Shown piece after piece: positions 9,399 to 18,388 of a DNA stretch of 64,000 nucleotides. The stretch comes from Oculina patagonica (taxonomy: Eukaryota). Position 1 is the stretch's first letter. Each line of letters opens with the position of its first letter. The position numbers were made by a program, and so were the translations under genes. Location of the stretch: NCBI RefSeq assembly GCF_052425735.1, contig NC_135768.1, forward strand, positions 13,082,001 through 13,146,000. Reading direction: 5' to 3'. The notes beneath the pieces were generated by a model. The model had not been told where the DNA came from. It ran no database searches and saw only the letters and a program-made list of their open reading frames with translations.

Positions 9399-10645
9399 CG
9401 CATAAGGGCGTAGAGCAAAGCTGCAGCTCCAACCGCACCAACAGCGATAGTTGCTTTGTTTATTTCGTGTGTATCATTGACTTCGACCTTTGTAGCTTTA
9501 GCGCTTTGCGCGCTTTCAGCTTCAGCACCTTCGGTGCTCGTTGGTGCCGGAGTTTTTTTTGTGTCCCTTTGAGACTCCTTGTGTATAGGATTTGAAGGGT
9601 GGCTGTTTGGTGGGTTTACCTTTGATGGTCCTCCGGCCATCAGTTTAAGAGCTGCTTTTTTTGTTGATTTATTAACATCATTATTCAATCCTATTTTTAT
9701 TCCTGCTACAGCCTGCTTCAGCTGATTGTTGTAGCCGACAACGCTTTCTGTGTTTATCACCATACTACCCGGCATCAGCCAGGCACCAGGGCAGACAGCA
9801 AGGTTAAGCCGAACCTTCGCTTCATCGATAGAAAGTTGGTATCTTTGAACTGACTTTGCCAGATCTGGTTGCCTTATAGCGTCTTCAACCAACACGAGGA
9901 ACTCACTTTGAGCCTCCTTTGCGCGGCCGCCTGTGCCAAGTATGCTACTTCGAACGTTGACCTGCGAACCCAGAATACAGTAGACAAAAGCCTCTATCGA
10001 CTGGTTTACTCTCGACAAACCTGCCTGAGTCAGACCTTCTGCGGCGTTAGGACAAAACCAGTCTGCCTGTGCATATGCAGCGTCGTCTGGCTCGATATAT
10101 TGAATTAAGTTACCCTTGCTTGCAGCTCCCCCTTCGTCCGAAAATTTATCGTAATCGGGGTATTTTGCTCCAGAATTTTTTGGTCCAATGTTAGTAAACC
10201 AGATATAAACATCACCAAGCCCATGATTGGCGCCTCTTGTGAAACGAAAATCGCTTGACGGGTCGACACCGAACTCAGCGCATATTCTTTTATACGAAGC
10301 CACGTCGTACTTGTTGTCGAACTGGCTAAACGTTGGGTCGCCTGGCAAGGCGCTTACGCTCTGAATTCCGCCCATCTGAAACAATATTCGCCTTATTGTA
10401 AAATAAACGTGAAAAAGGTAAAAATTACGCACAACAGGTGGCAAACTGAGAGCTGAGTGTTCTTCATCAAAAATTTCACGACTTATCCCACTGCCTGTTG
10501 TCGCGCACCAGACAGCAAAGTTAAGTTGTTGAGGCCAGTAGCCAATATTTGGACTAGCAAGCCACCTTTTTGACTCTTTTCCTGATGTATGCTTCAGTTT
10601 TGTTTTTTGAAAAATCTCTCTTAATTTCGTTGTGAAATATTGATC
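9395..10645 (-). pseudogene. 5'-truncated copy of the 571-aa gene (carries the C>T variant at 9698, M>I)
   Basis: Repeat unit 2; AGIKIG versus AGMKIG in the other copies. Confidence 0.85.
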
Positions 10646-11007
10646 AATATTGAAATATTGAACAGACTTGCGGCTTTCGTAAAAAGAGTGAGCGCGCTGT
10701 CGATAAGATTTTCTGTGGTCTTGGCCCCAACATACGCTTCGTACCTCTTGAAGTACTTTTCGACGTCTTTCTCGGTCAAGCGCTTTACCTGCTCGTGAGT
10801 TAGCTGCACACCGATTGCTTCTTTAGACTTGCCTGTTGAAACAAGTCTTGCAAGCTGTTCACGTAAAGCTGGAATGTCAGGTCCCGCTGCTTGCATCTCT
10901 GACGGCATACTGCCTGGTTCAGGTTCAAGCAATTCCATTACGGACGTTTCCAACATAATTCGTTCACTTGCAGTGATATCGGTGGAAGTTGCGAACGGGT
11001 CAGCCAT
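10621..11007 (-). pseudogene. 3'-truncated copy of the 186-aa gene
   Basis: As 5836-6222. Confidence 0.85.
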
Positions 11008-11028
11008 TTATTACTCAAAAAAATATGT

Positions 11029-11405
11029 TCAATAAAAAAATTCTGTGCCGTAAGGGTGGCGATGAGAAATAACAATAACAAGAACTCCCCCGTTCGCCCT
11101 TTCACATCTTTAGAAGCAGCGCAGTCGTCGAGGATGATAAGCGTGTTCGCACCCTCAAAAAGAAATCTTGAAAGCTTTAACCAAGATTCAACCTCGTGCT
11201 GCTCGCAAATGAAAACAAAAAATCGAAGATCTTCCTCAGCAAAGCGATAATAAGTCTTGTTGTGCGCGAAAGTCGGGCATATGAGCACGATGTAGTCAAA
11301 CTTGCCTCGGAAAGGGCCACAAAGCTGATTGACCACGTACCTTGTTTTTCCTGAGTTTGTTGGTCCCACAATGAGGGCGTTGAAGGGAATATTGGAAGGA
11401 TCCAT
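11029..11405 (-). pseudogene. Deleted packaging ATPase, copy 3
   Basis: Same translation as copy 1. Confidence 0.8.
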
Positions 11406-11436
11406 GTCAGAACAGAACTTCGTTTGCGTTCGTATA

Positions 11437-12690
11437 TTATAAAAGCACAGATTCTAACTGCCTGTTAATTATGTTCATCTGGGCGTCGCTGATTACGTAA
11501 ATGTGGCAGTTCAAATTACCTGAGCCGCTTGTTTTCCTCTCTAGCTCAAGCTGGACACCGTCCTTTGTGTTCACAAGGCGCTTGCCGCTTCCGTGCATCG
11601 AGTGGTCAGCCATGGAACGCAGATCAATCAGAAGGCCGAACTTGTCTTCTGTGTAAAACTTTTGCAGGGTCATGTGCTGCGTTTTATTTTTTTCTTTCAT
11701 GTAGAATCTTTTAACTTCTTCCCATATGTCCATTCCTTCGATGCCGTTGTTGTACAGCATGTTTGGCGAGCCGTTGACAGTGACGCTTACTTTTGTAAGG
11801 TCTGGGTTAATGTACTTTTCCGAGATCCTTGCACCTTTTGCATATTGCTCTATAAAAAGTAGCAAGATACCTTTTAGGGACCTCCTCTGAGGGTTGACCT
11901 TAAGATTCAGACGTGTGTCGGATCCTTTTGCAAAAGTAACAACTTCGGCACGCTGGATGTGGTCGTAAGCGAACTCTTTGCCGCCCGAGTAAGCGCTGAA
12001 TGCCTCATCTGCAATTTCTTTGCTTCTTATCATCTCGTACTCCAGCTGGATGTTTGTCAGCTTGTATTTCAGTTTTGTTGCATCTGAGCCTCTTACAACA
12101 TGTTCGGCTGCCGCGAGCTTCAGTTCAAAAACAAGATCGTTGTATAGTGCCTGAGGATAAAATGCCCCGTGGTCAGTTAAAATCTGGTGATCCAGACGGA
12201 TCCGGTATTTATTTCCATATAGCTCATTCAGCTTTTTTTCTGCTTCGACTCCTGAAGTTTTCTTATCGCCAGCATTTGAGCGAATTTTGTTGAGGTCCTC
12301 GCTCTGAATGCCCTCTGGCACCCTGTCGTCGCGCTCCTCCTGCGAAAGGAAAAAATCCTCAAATATTTTGTAGATGTCATAGCCAACCGTGTCCTGCACG
12401 ACGGTGCCTTCGTACTTTACAACAAACTTGTCGACCAGAGCTCGGCTGACGTTGTCAACCAGAAAGTTGTTGGCATGGCCTCCGCTCAAGTCGATGTTGA
12501 AGCGCAGCGCCAGCGAGCCAGGCACAATGACCTCGTTTTCGTTCAGCTTTGGCACCGAAACATACAGAGTTTCCTCTGGATTGGCTTCAGTGCGGTCAAA
12601 AGTGATTCGTTTTACAGCGCGCTCGGCTTTCAGTGCGCCGAGTATTTTCTCTGTGCGTCCCGGTCGAAGGTTTTCTTGAACAGCAGCCAT
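11437..12690 (-). CDS. Putative major capsid protein, copy 3
   Basis: Identical protein to 1867-3120. Confidence 0.75.
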   Translation of the reverse strand: MAAVQENLRPGRTEKILGALKAERAVKRITFDRTEANPEETLYVSVPKLNENEVIVPGSLALRFNIDLSGGHANNFLVDNVSRALVDKFVVKYEGTVVQDTVGYDIYKIFEDFFLSQEERDDRVPEGIQSEDLNKIRSNAGDKKTSGVEAEKKLNELYGNKYRIRLDHQILTDHGAFYPQALYNDLVFELKLAAAEHVVRGSDATKLKYKLTNIQLEYEMIRSKEIADEAFSAYSGGKEFAYDHIQRAEVVTFAKGSDTRLNLKVNPQRRSLKGILLLFIEQYAKGARISEKYINPDLTKVSVTVNGSPNMLYNNGIEGMDIWEEVKRFYMKEKNKTQHMTLQKFYTEDKFGLLIDLRSMADHSMHGSGKRLVNTKDGVQLELERKTSGSGNLNCHIYVISDAQMNIINRQLESVLL

Positions 12691-12752
12691 CTCTCGATTG
12701 GTTTTATTGTTAAATTGAAAAGTTTAATTTGAAAATATATATAAATTACGTG

Positions 12753-14183
12753 ATGGCAACAGGTGGTGGTGATTTTGGATTCGAGGACCCTGATTTGGAC
12801 CAAGATCTTGACCACAACAGTGATAACGATGATGAAGAGGAACAAGAGGTCGACACAACCCGACCATTTCAGCCCGGTTGGGTATCCACACCATACCATC
12901 GGGGTGAACAACACGAAATGCAAACGATGCAGCACGAACAGAGCGGGCTGCCAGAAACATCCTACGACGAAACACCTTTGCTTGAAAGAACCCCTTCAAT
13001 AAGTGATCTTCAAAATGAAAGTAATTTGCGACAAAAACTAAAAAAAGCAGTAGACATGATAAAAGGCAAATTTCCCAAAGCAAACTTTGAAAAAATAAAA
13101 ATCAGAAGAGGCAAAGGGAAAAATGAGGGTAAAATTGTTGCTGTAGGAACAAAAAAAGGCGAGTACAAGATTCTAAAAGAAAATGAGTCAGGCTTCATGA
13201 AAAGCTTTTTAGACAGCTTCAAAGATGAACTTGGGCCGTCAGCTGAAGATCTTATTGCTCAAGACAATGAGAGCATAAGAGATGAACGCCAAAGATTAAG
13301 AGAAGCTGAACGCCAAAGATTAAGAGAAGCTGAAAAACAACTTCAAGAGGCCCAAAAACTCGCATCGGAAAAAGAAAAAGCCGCCCTAGAAGTGCAAGAT
13401 CTGAGAAACAGAATCGAGCGAACTCAAGCTCAGATTGAAGCACTTACTCAAGAACACGGTTCGAATCTTGAAAGTGATTCAGAACTACGGAGACTGCAGC
13501 AACTGAAAAAAAATTATCAAAAGGATCTTGACAACGCGAAAAAAGAGGTGGTAGCCATTGAAAAACAATCGAAGCAGAAGACAAAAGAACAAACACGGGT
13601 CGACCAACTCAGGGCAAGCCTCGCTGCCAAAGAGAGAGAAAGAAACACTTTGCAAGAAAGGCTCAACGACACAAGAGCGTTGGATGATCTAAAAGAGCAA
13701 GAAGCCGAGCTGAAGCGACAAAACGATGAAGATCAAGCAGTAATACAGGATGAAAATACCTCCCCCACTGACAAACAAGCTGCTGAAGAAAGAGTTGCTG
13801 AAAGAACCGAGGAGCTCGCGCGTTTGCAAACGCAGATTGCGGAAAGAGAAAGGGCGCTTCCACTTCGTGAGAGAATCAAAGAGATCTTCAAAAAAAATGG
13901 CGTGACAGTAACAGCAATCTTTCTTGCTGCTGGTGTCACGATTGGTGCTGTAATTGGTGCCATTACAAACTCTTTGAAGGCTACCGGCAAAGCGTTGGGG
14001 AAAGGCTTAAGTGATGTTGGCTCAAAGGTGGCATCAGCTCTGCCCGGTCTTATTGGCTCGATTGTAAGTTTTCTTTTCAAAACAGCTGGTCAAGTAATTG
14101 GCTTTCTTGCAGAGCACACCTGGCTGCTTATACTTGCTGCGGTTGCTTTTCTTGTTGAAAGATACATCAAGAAGAGACGTTAA
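12753..14183 (+). CDS. Coiled-coil membrane protein, copy 3
   Basis: Identical protein to 3183-4613. Confidence 0.8.
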   Translation: MATGGGDFGFEDPDLDQDLDHNSDNDDEEEQEVDTTRPFQPGWVSTPYHRGEQHEMQTMQHEQSGLPETSYDETPLLERTPSISDLQNESNLRQKLKKAVDMIKGKFPKANFEKIKIRRGKGKNEGKIVAVGTKKGEYKILKENESGFMKSFLDSFKDELGPSAEDLIAQDNESIRDERQRLREAERQRLREAEKQLQEAQKLASEKEKAALEVQDLRNRIERTQAQIEALTQEHGSNLESDSELRRLQQLKKNYQKDLDNAKKEVVAIEKQSKQKTKEQTRVDQLRASLAAKERERNTLQERLNDTRALDDLKEQEAELKRQNDEDQAVIQDENTSPTDKQAAEERVAERTEELARLQTQIAERERALPLRERIKEIFKKNGVTVTAIFLAAGVTIGAVIGAITNSLKATGKALGKGLSDVGSKVASALPGLIGSIVSFLFKTAGQVIGFLAEHTWLLILAAVAFLVERYIKKRR

Positions 14184-15895
14184 CGCATAAGGGCGTAGAG
14201 CAAAGCTGCAGCTCCAACCGCACCAACAGCGATAGTTGCTTTGTTTATTTCGTGTGTATCATTGACTTCGACCTTTGTAGCTTTAGCGCTTTGCGCGCTT
14301 TCAGCTTCAGCACCTTCGGTGCTCGTTGGTGCCGGAGTTTTTTTTGTGTCCCTTTGAGACTCCTTGTGTATAGGATTTGAAGGGTGGCTGTTTGGTGGGT
14401 TTACCTTTGATGGTCCTCCGGCCATCAGTTTAAGAGCTGCTTTTTTTGTTGATTTATTAACATCATTATTCAATCCTATTTTCATTCCTGCTACAGCCTG
14501 CTTCAGCTGATTGTTGTAGCCGACAACGCTTTCTGTGTTTATCACCATACTACCCGGCATCAGCCAGGCACCAGGGCAGACAGCAAGGTTAAGCCGAACC
14601 TTCGCTTCATCGATAGAAAGTTGGTATCTTTGAACTGACTTTGCCAGATCTGGTTGCCTTATAGCGTCTTCAACCAACACGAGGAACTCACTTTGAGCCT
14701 CCTTTGCGCGGCCGCCTGTGCCAAGTATGCTACTTCGAACGTTGACCTGCGAACCCAGAATACAGTAGACAAAAGCCTCTATCGACTGGTTTACTCTCGA
14801 CAAACCTGCCTGAGTCAGACCTTCTGCGGCGTTAGGACAAAACCAGTCTGCCTGTGCATATGCAGCGTCGTCTGGCTCGATATATTGAATTAAGTTACCC
14901 TTGCTTGCAGCTCCCCCTTCGTCCGAAAATTTATCGTAATCGGGGTATTTTGCTCCAGAATTTTTTGGTCCAATGTTAGTAAACCAGATATAAACATCAC
15001 CAAGCCCATGATTGGCGCCTCTTGTGAAACGAAAATCGCTTGACGGGTCGACACCGAACTCAGCGCATATTCTTTTATACGAAGCCACGTCGTACTTGTT
15101 GTCGAACTGGCTAAACGTTGGGTCGCCTGGCAAGGCGCTTACGCTCTGAATTCCGCCCATCTGAAACAATATTCGCCTTATTGTAAAATAAACGTGAAAA
15201 AGGTAAAAATTACGCACAACAGGTGGCAAACTGAGAGCTGAGTGTTCTTCATCAAAAATTTCACGACTTATCCCACTGCCTGTTGTCGCGCACCAGACAG
15301 CAAAGTTAAGTTGTTGAGGCCAGTAGCCAATATTTGGACTAGCAAGCCACCTTTTTGACTCTTTTCCTGATGTATGCTTCAGTTTTGTTTTTTGAAAAAT
15401 CTCTCTTAATTTCGTTGTGAAATATTGATCTGGTGTTACGTAGATGTTGATTTTGCTGTTAAATATTTTTTTCAAACTCGGTGCGGCTTCGTGAAATCCA
15501 ACCGCGGGAATTGGTAAAGATGCGCCTTTTGCGCCGCTTGGTGACAGCTGTTGTGGAAAACCGCCTGAAATTTGATTCACCCCCAGTGCTTTTTTCATCT
15601 CTGGGCTCCAATATTTGCTGTCAGAGCCAAAAACATTTATCAAATGGCCTTGCTCTGCCTTGTAATAAATGTCTGCCGTTGCTGTGTGGTTGTACGCGAA
15701 CTCAACCTGTGCAACAAATTTTGTTCGGTCAGCGTTTGGATATTTTGCAAGAAAAGGTTTCCATGCCTTGTCTTTTGCCGCTTCAGAAATTGTAGTTGCT
15801 TCTGGGGTTTTCATCCACTTCATAAAATCTCTTTCTTTGGAATCAAGAAAAATTGATTGAGAAATGTCATCAGCTCTCGGAATAGGCGGAGCCAT
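14180..15895 (-). CDS. 571-aa uncharacterised viral protein with C-terminal TM anchor (only full-length copy)
   Basis: Long ORF with ATG in TAAAATG context; conserved-looking core WPQQLNFAVWCATTG..FHVYFTIRRIL; Pro/Ser/Ala linker then IAVGAVGAAALLYALMR tail anchor. Confidence 0.8.
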   Translation of the reverse strand: MAPPIPRADDISQSIFLDSKERDFMKWMKTPEATTISEAAKDKAWKPFLAKYPNADRTKFVAQVEFAYNHTATADIYYKAEQGHLINVFGSDSKYWSPEMKKALGVNQISGGFPQQLSPSGAKGASLPIPAVGFHEAAPSLKKIFNSKINIYVTPDQYFTTKLREIFQKTKLKHTSGKESKRWLASPNIGYWPQQLNFAVWCATTGSGISREIFDEEHSALSLPPVVRNFYLFHVYFTIRRILFQMGGIQSVSALPGDPTFSQFDNKYDVASYKRICAEFGVDPSSDFRFTRGANHGLGDVYIWFTNIGPKNSGAKYPDYDKFSDEGGAASKGNLIQYIEPDDAAYAQADWFCPNAAEGLTQAGLSRVNQSIEAFVYCILGSQVNVRSSILGTGGRAKEAQSEFLVLVEDAIRQPDLAKSVQRYQLSIDEAKVRLNLAVCPGAWLMPGSMVINTESVVGYNNQLKQAVAGMKIGLNNDVNKSTKKAALKLMAGGPSKVNPPNSHPSNPIHKESQRDTKKTPAPTSTEGAEAESAQSAKATKVEVNDTHEINKATIAVGAVGAAALLYALMR

Positions 15896-15935
15896 TTTAT
15901 ATTAAAGATTTATTTTTCAAAAGATAATTATAAAG

Positions 15936-16619
15936 ATGGTTGTGCTCACTGTCACCACAACAAAAAATCCGAAAACTGTTTATTTTGACCAGCCTATTCC
16001 TAAACCGAGCTATATCCGGCTGCTAAGTTGTTCTCTTTACAACAGCTGGAATAGTTTGGAAGAGGATGGAATAGTTTCTTACAAAAAAGGGAACGAGGAA
16101 AAGGAGGAAATGCGTTTTATACGGCAAGGAAACTACTCACTCGACGACATTGGGGATATTTTTGAAAAAGGATTTCCAGAGAAAAATATGTTTTCTGTAA
16201 AAAAAGGCATTACGGGTCGTTCCTTAATAATAAAAGCAAACGAGGCCAAAATTAAAACTTTTAGACTGAATGAAAGTCTTATTAAGTTCTTAAATCTGTG
16301 GGTTCTTAGTGATACTGATTTTCTTAATCAAATTGTGGTAAATAATGTTTCAAATCCTAAAAATTACTTCATCAACTGTGACCTTATTGACAAGCAACAA
16401 AGCTTGCTAAATGGTAAGCCTTCAAGCCTTTTAGCTTGTTTTGACATACGAGGGAAACCGTATGAAAAAATTCATTACCAAAATAAGCATCTTAACGTCT
16501 TGCGCGACGTTGCGGCTGAAGAAAATGTATCATCTCTGACTCTTTCGATAAGAGATGAAAATGAAAATCTATTCGAATTTAACGGCTTAAATCTTGCATA
16601 TGAGATAGAATTAAATTAA
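15936..16619 (+). CDS. Putative minor capsid protein / penton (single jelly-roll), 227 aa
   Basis: Motifs typical of Polinton/PLV pentons: IRLLSCSLYNSW, YFINCDLID..NGKPSSLLACF, SSLTLSIRDEN..FNG. Confidence 0.75.
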   Translation: MVVLTVTTTKNPKTVYFDQPIPKPSYIRLLSCSLYNSWNSLEEDGIVSYKKGNEEKEEMRFIRQGNYSLDDIGDIFEKGFPEKNMFSVKKGITGRSLIIKANEAKIKTFRLNESLIKFLNLWVLSDTDFLNQIVVNNVSNPKNYFINCDLIDKQQSLLNGKPSSLLACFDIRGKPYEKIHYQNKHLNVLRDVAAEENVSSLTLSIRDENENLFEFNGLNLAYEIELN

Positions 16620-16654
16620 ATTAAATACAAAAATAAAATTAAAAGTATACGACC

Positions 16655-17353
16655 ATGTCTTCAGCTAACGTGCTCCCAAGTGCACCTGCGTTTGGTGTTT
16701 GTGCAGAAGACAGCGTAAAACACGCGGAAATACAAACACTGTATCCCGCTTTGCCAAATCAACCAGAAAACTTTAGGTTAACAAAAATCAATCAAATTTG
16801 TTCAGAGTTTGACAAAGAAGTTGTAAAATACCGAGCTGTTTTGAAAAAGTATAAAAAGGTGAAGTCTGTTTTCCATTATTCCGCAATTTCAATGGGTGGT
16901 TTGTCCAGTGTTCTCTCTGCTTCCAGTCTTGGCACCGCGGTAACGGTCGTTGGTTTGCCGGTAAGCGTTCCTCTCGCTGCATGTGCTGCCATTACAGGCG
17001 TCTTGTCTGCCGCTTTCACTGGAGCGAGCAAAAAACTTGAACCAAAAATTATGAAAAATAATGAAATTACTTCGCTTGCTGTTGCCAAACGTGAAACTGT
17101 CAATAGACTTGTTTCTGCCGCTCTCATTGACAATAAAGTTGATGACAAAGAGTTTAAAATTATTTTGGATGAATATTCTCGTTACATGGCCCTCAAAGAG
17201 ACTGTTCGCAGGCACCTTACAAAAAATTTAAGCCAAAAAAAGTCATCCCCACAGCCTGACATTGAGAAACTGAGACAGGAAATTCGACAAGAAGAATTGG
17301 CTTGGTTAAAAAAAAGAATATCAGCAGAGTCGAAATCAGATTTGAGAAAATAA
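16655..17353 (+). CDS. 232-aa protein with central hydrophobic hairpin flanked by helices (membrane-active family seen in Polinton-like elements)
   Basis: LYP.LP..FRL.KI..KKYKK motif, Gly/Ala/Ser-rich hydrophobic stretch, VSAALIDNKVDDKEFKIILDEY; AATAAA at 17349 and 17382. Confidence 0.7.
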   Translation: MSSANVLPSAPAFGVCAEDSVKHAEIQTLYPALPNQPENFRLTKINQICSEFDKEVVKYRAVLKKYKKVKSVFHYSAISMGGLSSVLSASSLGTAVTVVGLPVSVPLAACAAITGVLSAAFTGASKKLEPKIMKNNEITSLAVAKRETVNRLVSAALIDNKVDDKEFKIILDEYSRYMALKETVRRHLTKNLSQKKSSPQPDIEKLRQEIRQEELAWLKKRISAESKSDLRK

Positions 17354-17395
17354 ACACTGGATTTAATCTGAGTGTTCAGAAAAATAAAATTAACG

Positions 17396-17482
17396 CATGA
17401 CACAAATCGTGACATTGTGTTACACACAGCGTGACATTGTGTGACACAGAGCGTTACAGTCACGCGTGACGTTGCGTGACAG
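17396..17482. repeat. Phased GT(G/T)AC repeat array, spacing 10-13 bp
   Basis: T(G/T)AC cores at 17398, 17410, 17420, 17432, 17442, 17454, 17467, 17477; palindrome GTCACGCGTGAC at 17459-17470. Confidence 0.8.
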
Positions 17483-17497
17483 GTCAAACGAAAGGGC

Positions 17498-17799
17498 AAA
17501 ACCCTGGTCGGGGGGTGCTCGTTGGCTGTTTCTTGCCTAGCCCCGGCTAGGACTTTTCCCCGCCGCTGACAAGGCGGCTGTCCCGCATTTTTACCTCTGC
17601 CGAGGTTTGAAATCCCGAGGGATTTCTGAGCACCCCCACGTTATCAGTAGGGCCGAGGCGGGTTCACCCAGGGGTATCTCCCACTGAAAGGAGTCCCCCT
17701 ATACCCCGTAATTCACCATCCGCACAAGCCATTATAACAGGATTCAAGTGGTTGGCCATCCACTACCTCCCTTGACTTCACCAGAATTTGTGAACTAAC
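17498..17799 (-). ncRNA. Candidate ~300-nt structured non-coding RNA encoded by the element
   Basis: GC-rich and lacking any long ORF. A 10-bp closing helix (17511-17520/17628-17637) encloses four perfect hairpins; further stem 17671-17677/17701-17707. Upstream PSE-like + TATA; the first T4 on the minus strand falls right after the closing helix. Confidence 0.55.
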
Positions 17800-17821
17800 A
17801 AAAAGTTACGGCCGCGTTAAC

Positions 17822-17920
17822 TTATATATAGTTCACTTTGTCACATTTTTCACTTGTGGTACCCTTTCACCTATTTTGAGCAAGTACGCATGCGCTTTTG
17901 GGCATCAGGATGATGTCATC
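17822..17920 (-). promoter_or_regulatory. TATA box (TATATATAA 17830-17822), PSE-like GGTACCACAAGTGAAAAATGTG (17863-17842), NRF1-like ACGCATGCGC (17886-17895), CRE-like TGATGTCA (17911-17918)
   Basis: Motifs read directly; PSE-TATA spacing is close to that of U6-type promoters; Inr-like TTAGTT at 17798-17793. Confidence 0.5.
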
Positions 17921-18388
17921 ATTAATTAGACACTTGGTAAAGTTTGGTAAATAGGCTAAAATGTTGGTTCTTTTCCAAGCGATTTGCTTTATTTTAACCG
18001 AACTTTCTACTCCCGTTTGGCAAAATGAGGTCAGACAGATAACATATCAAGTCGTGGAAGCAATGCTTGAAGCAGAAAAAAAATAAACAGGCCCGATTGA
18101 GTCCGATGTTTCGGGAAAGTTCTTTCGATCGATCGATAAACTTCTGTGATCAAATCCTGTTATTTCTCGATTTCTTCTCTTCGCTTCACTTCGCCAGCTT
18201 CTGTGGGGGCACAAAAAATTACAGCGCGTTAACTGAGCGTATTTTTTTTTGTAATATCTGTTCTGTTTCGTTTTTTATCGGCCCAAACACTAAATCCTGA
18301 TTAGGCCGCCATGTTTTCTTCCTGCTCGTCCAAGGGCCTGAGAACTAAAAATATGGTTTCCAGACTCTCTCTGAAAATGTCACGCAAC

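Larger units (their letters stand above)
1090..15430. repeat. Head-to-tail triplication: units 1090-5860, 5875-10645, 10660-15430 with 14-bp fillers at 5861-5874 and 10646-10659
   Basis: ORF track repeats with exact period 4785; breakpoints read directly against the unique flanks at 1081-1090 and 15421-15440. Confidence 0.97.

Noticed and set aside
17498-17799. Identity with 7SK, RNase P/MRP, telomerase RNA or a hammerhead ribozyme
   Set aside because: No GAUC repeats, no CUAACCCU template and no CUGANGA..GAAA core; MRP-like words (GGGGAAAAGUCC) are in the wrong order. An Rfam search is still needed.
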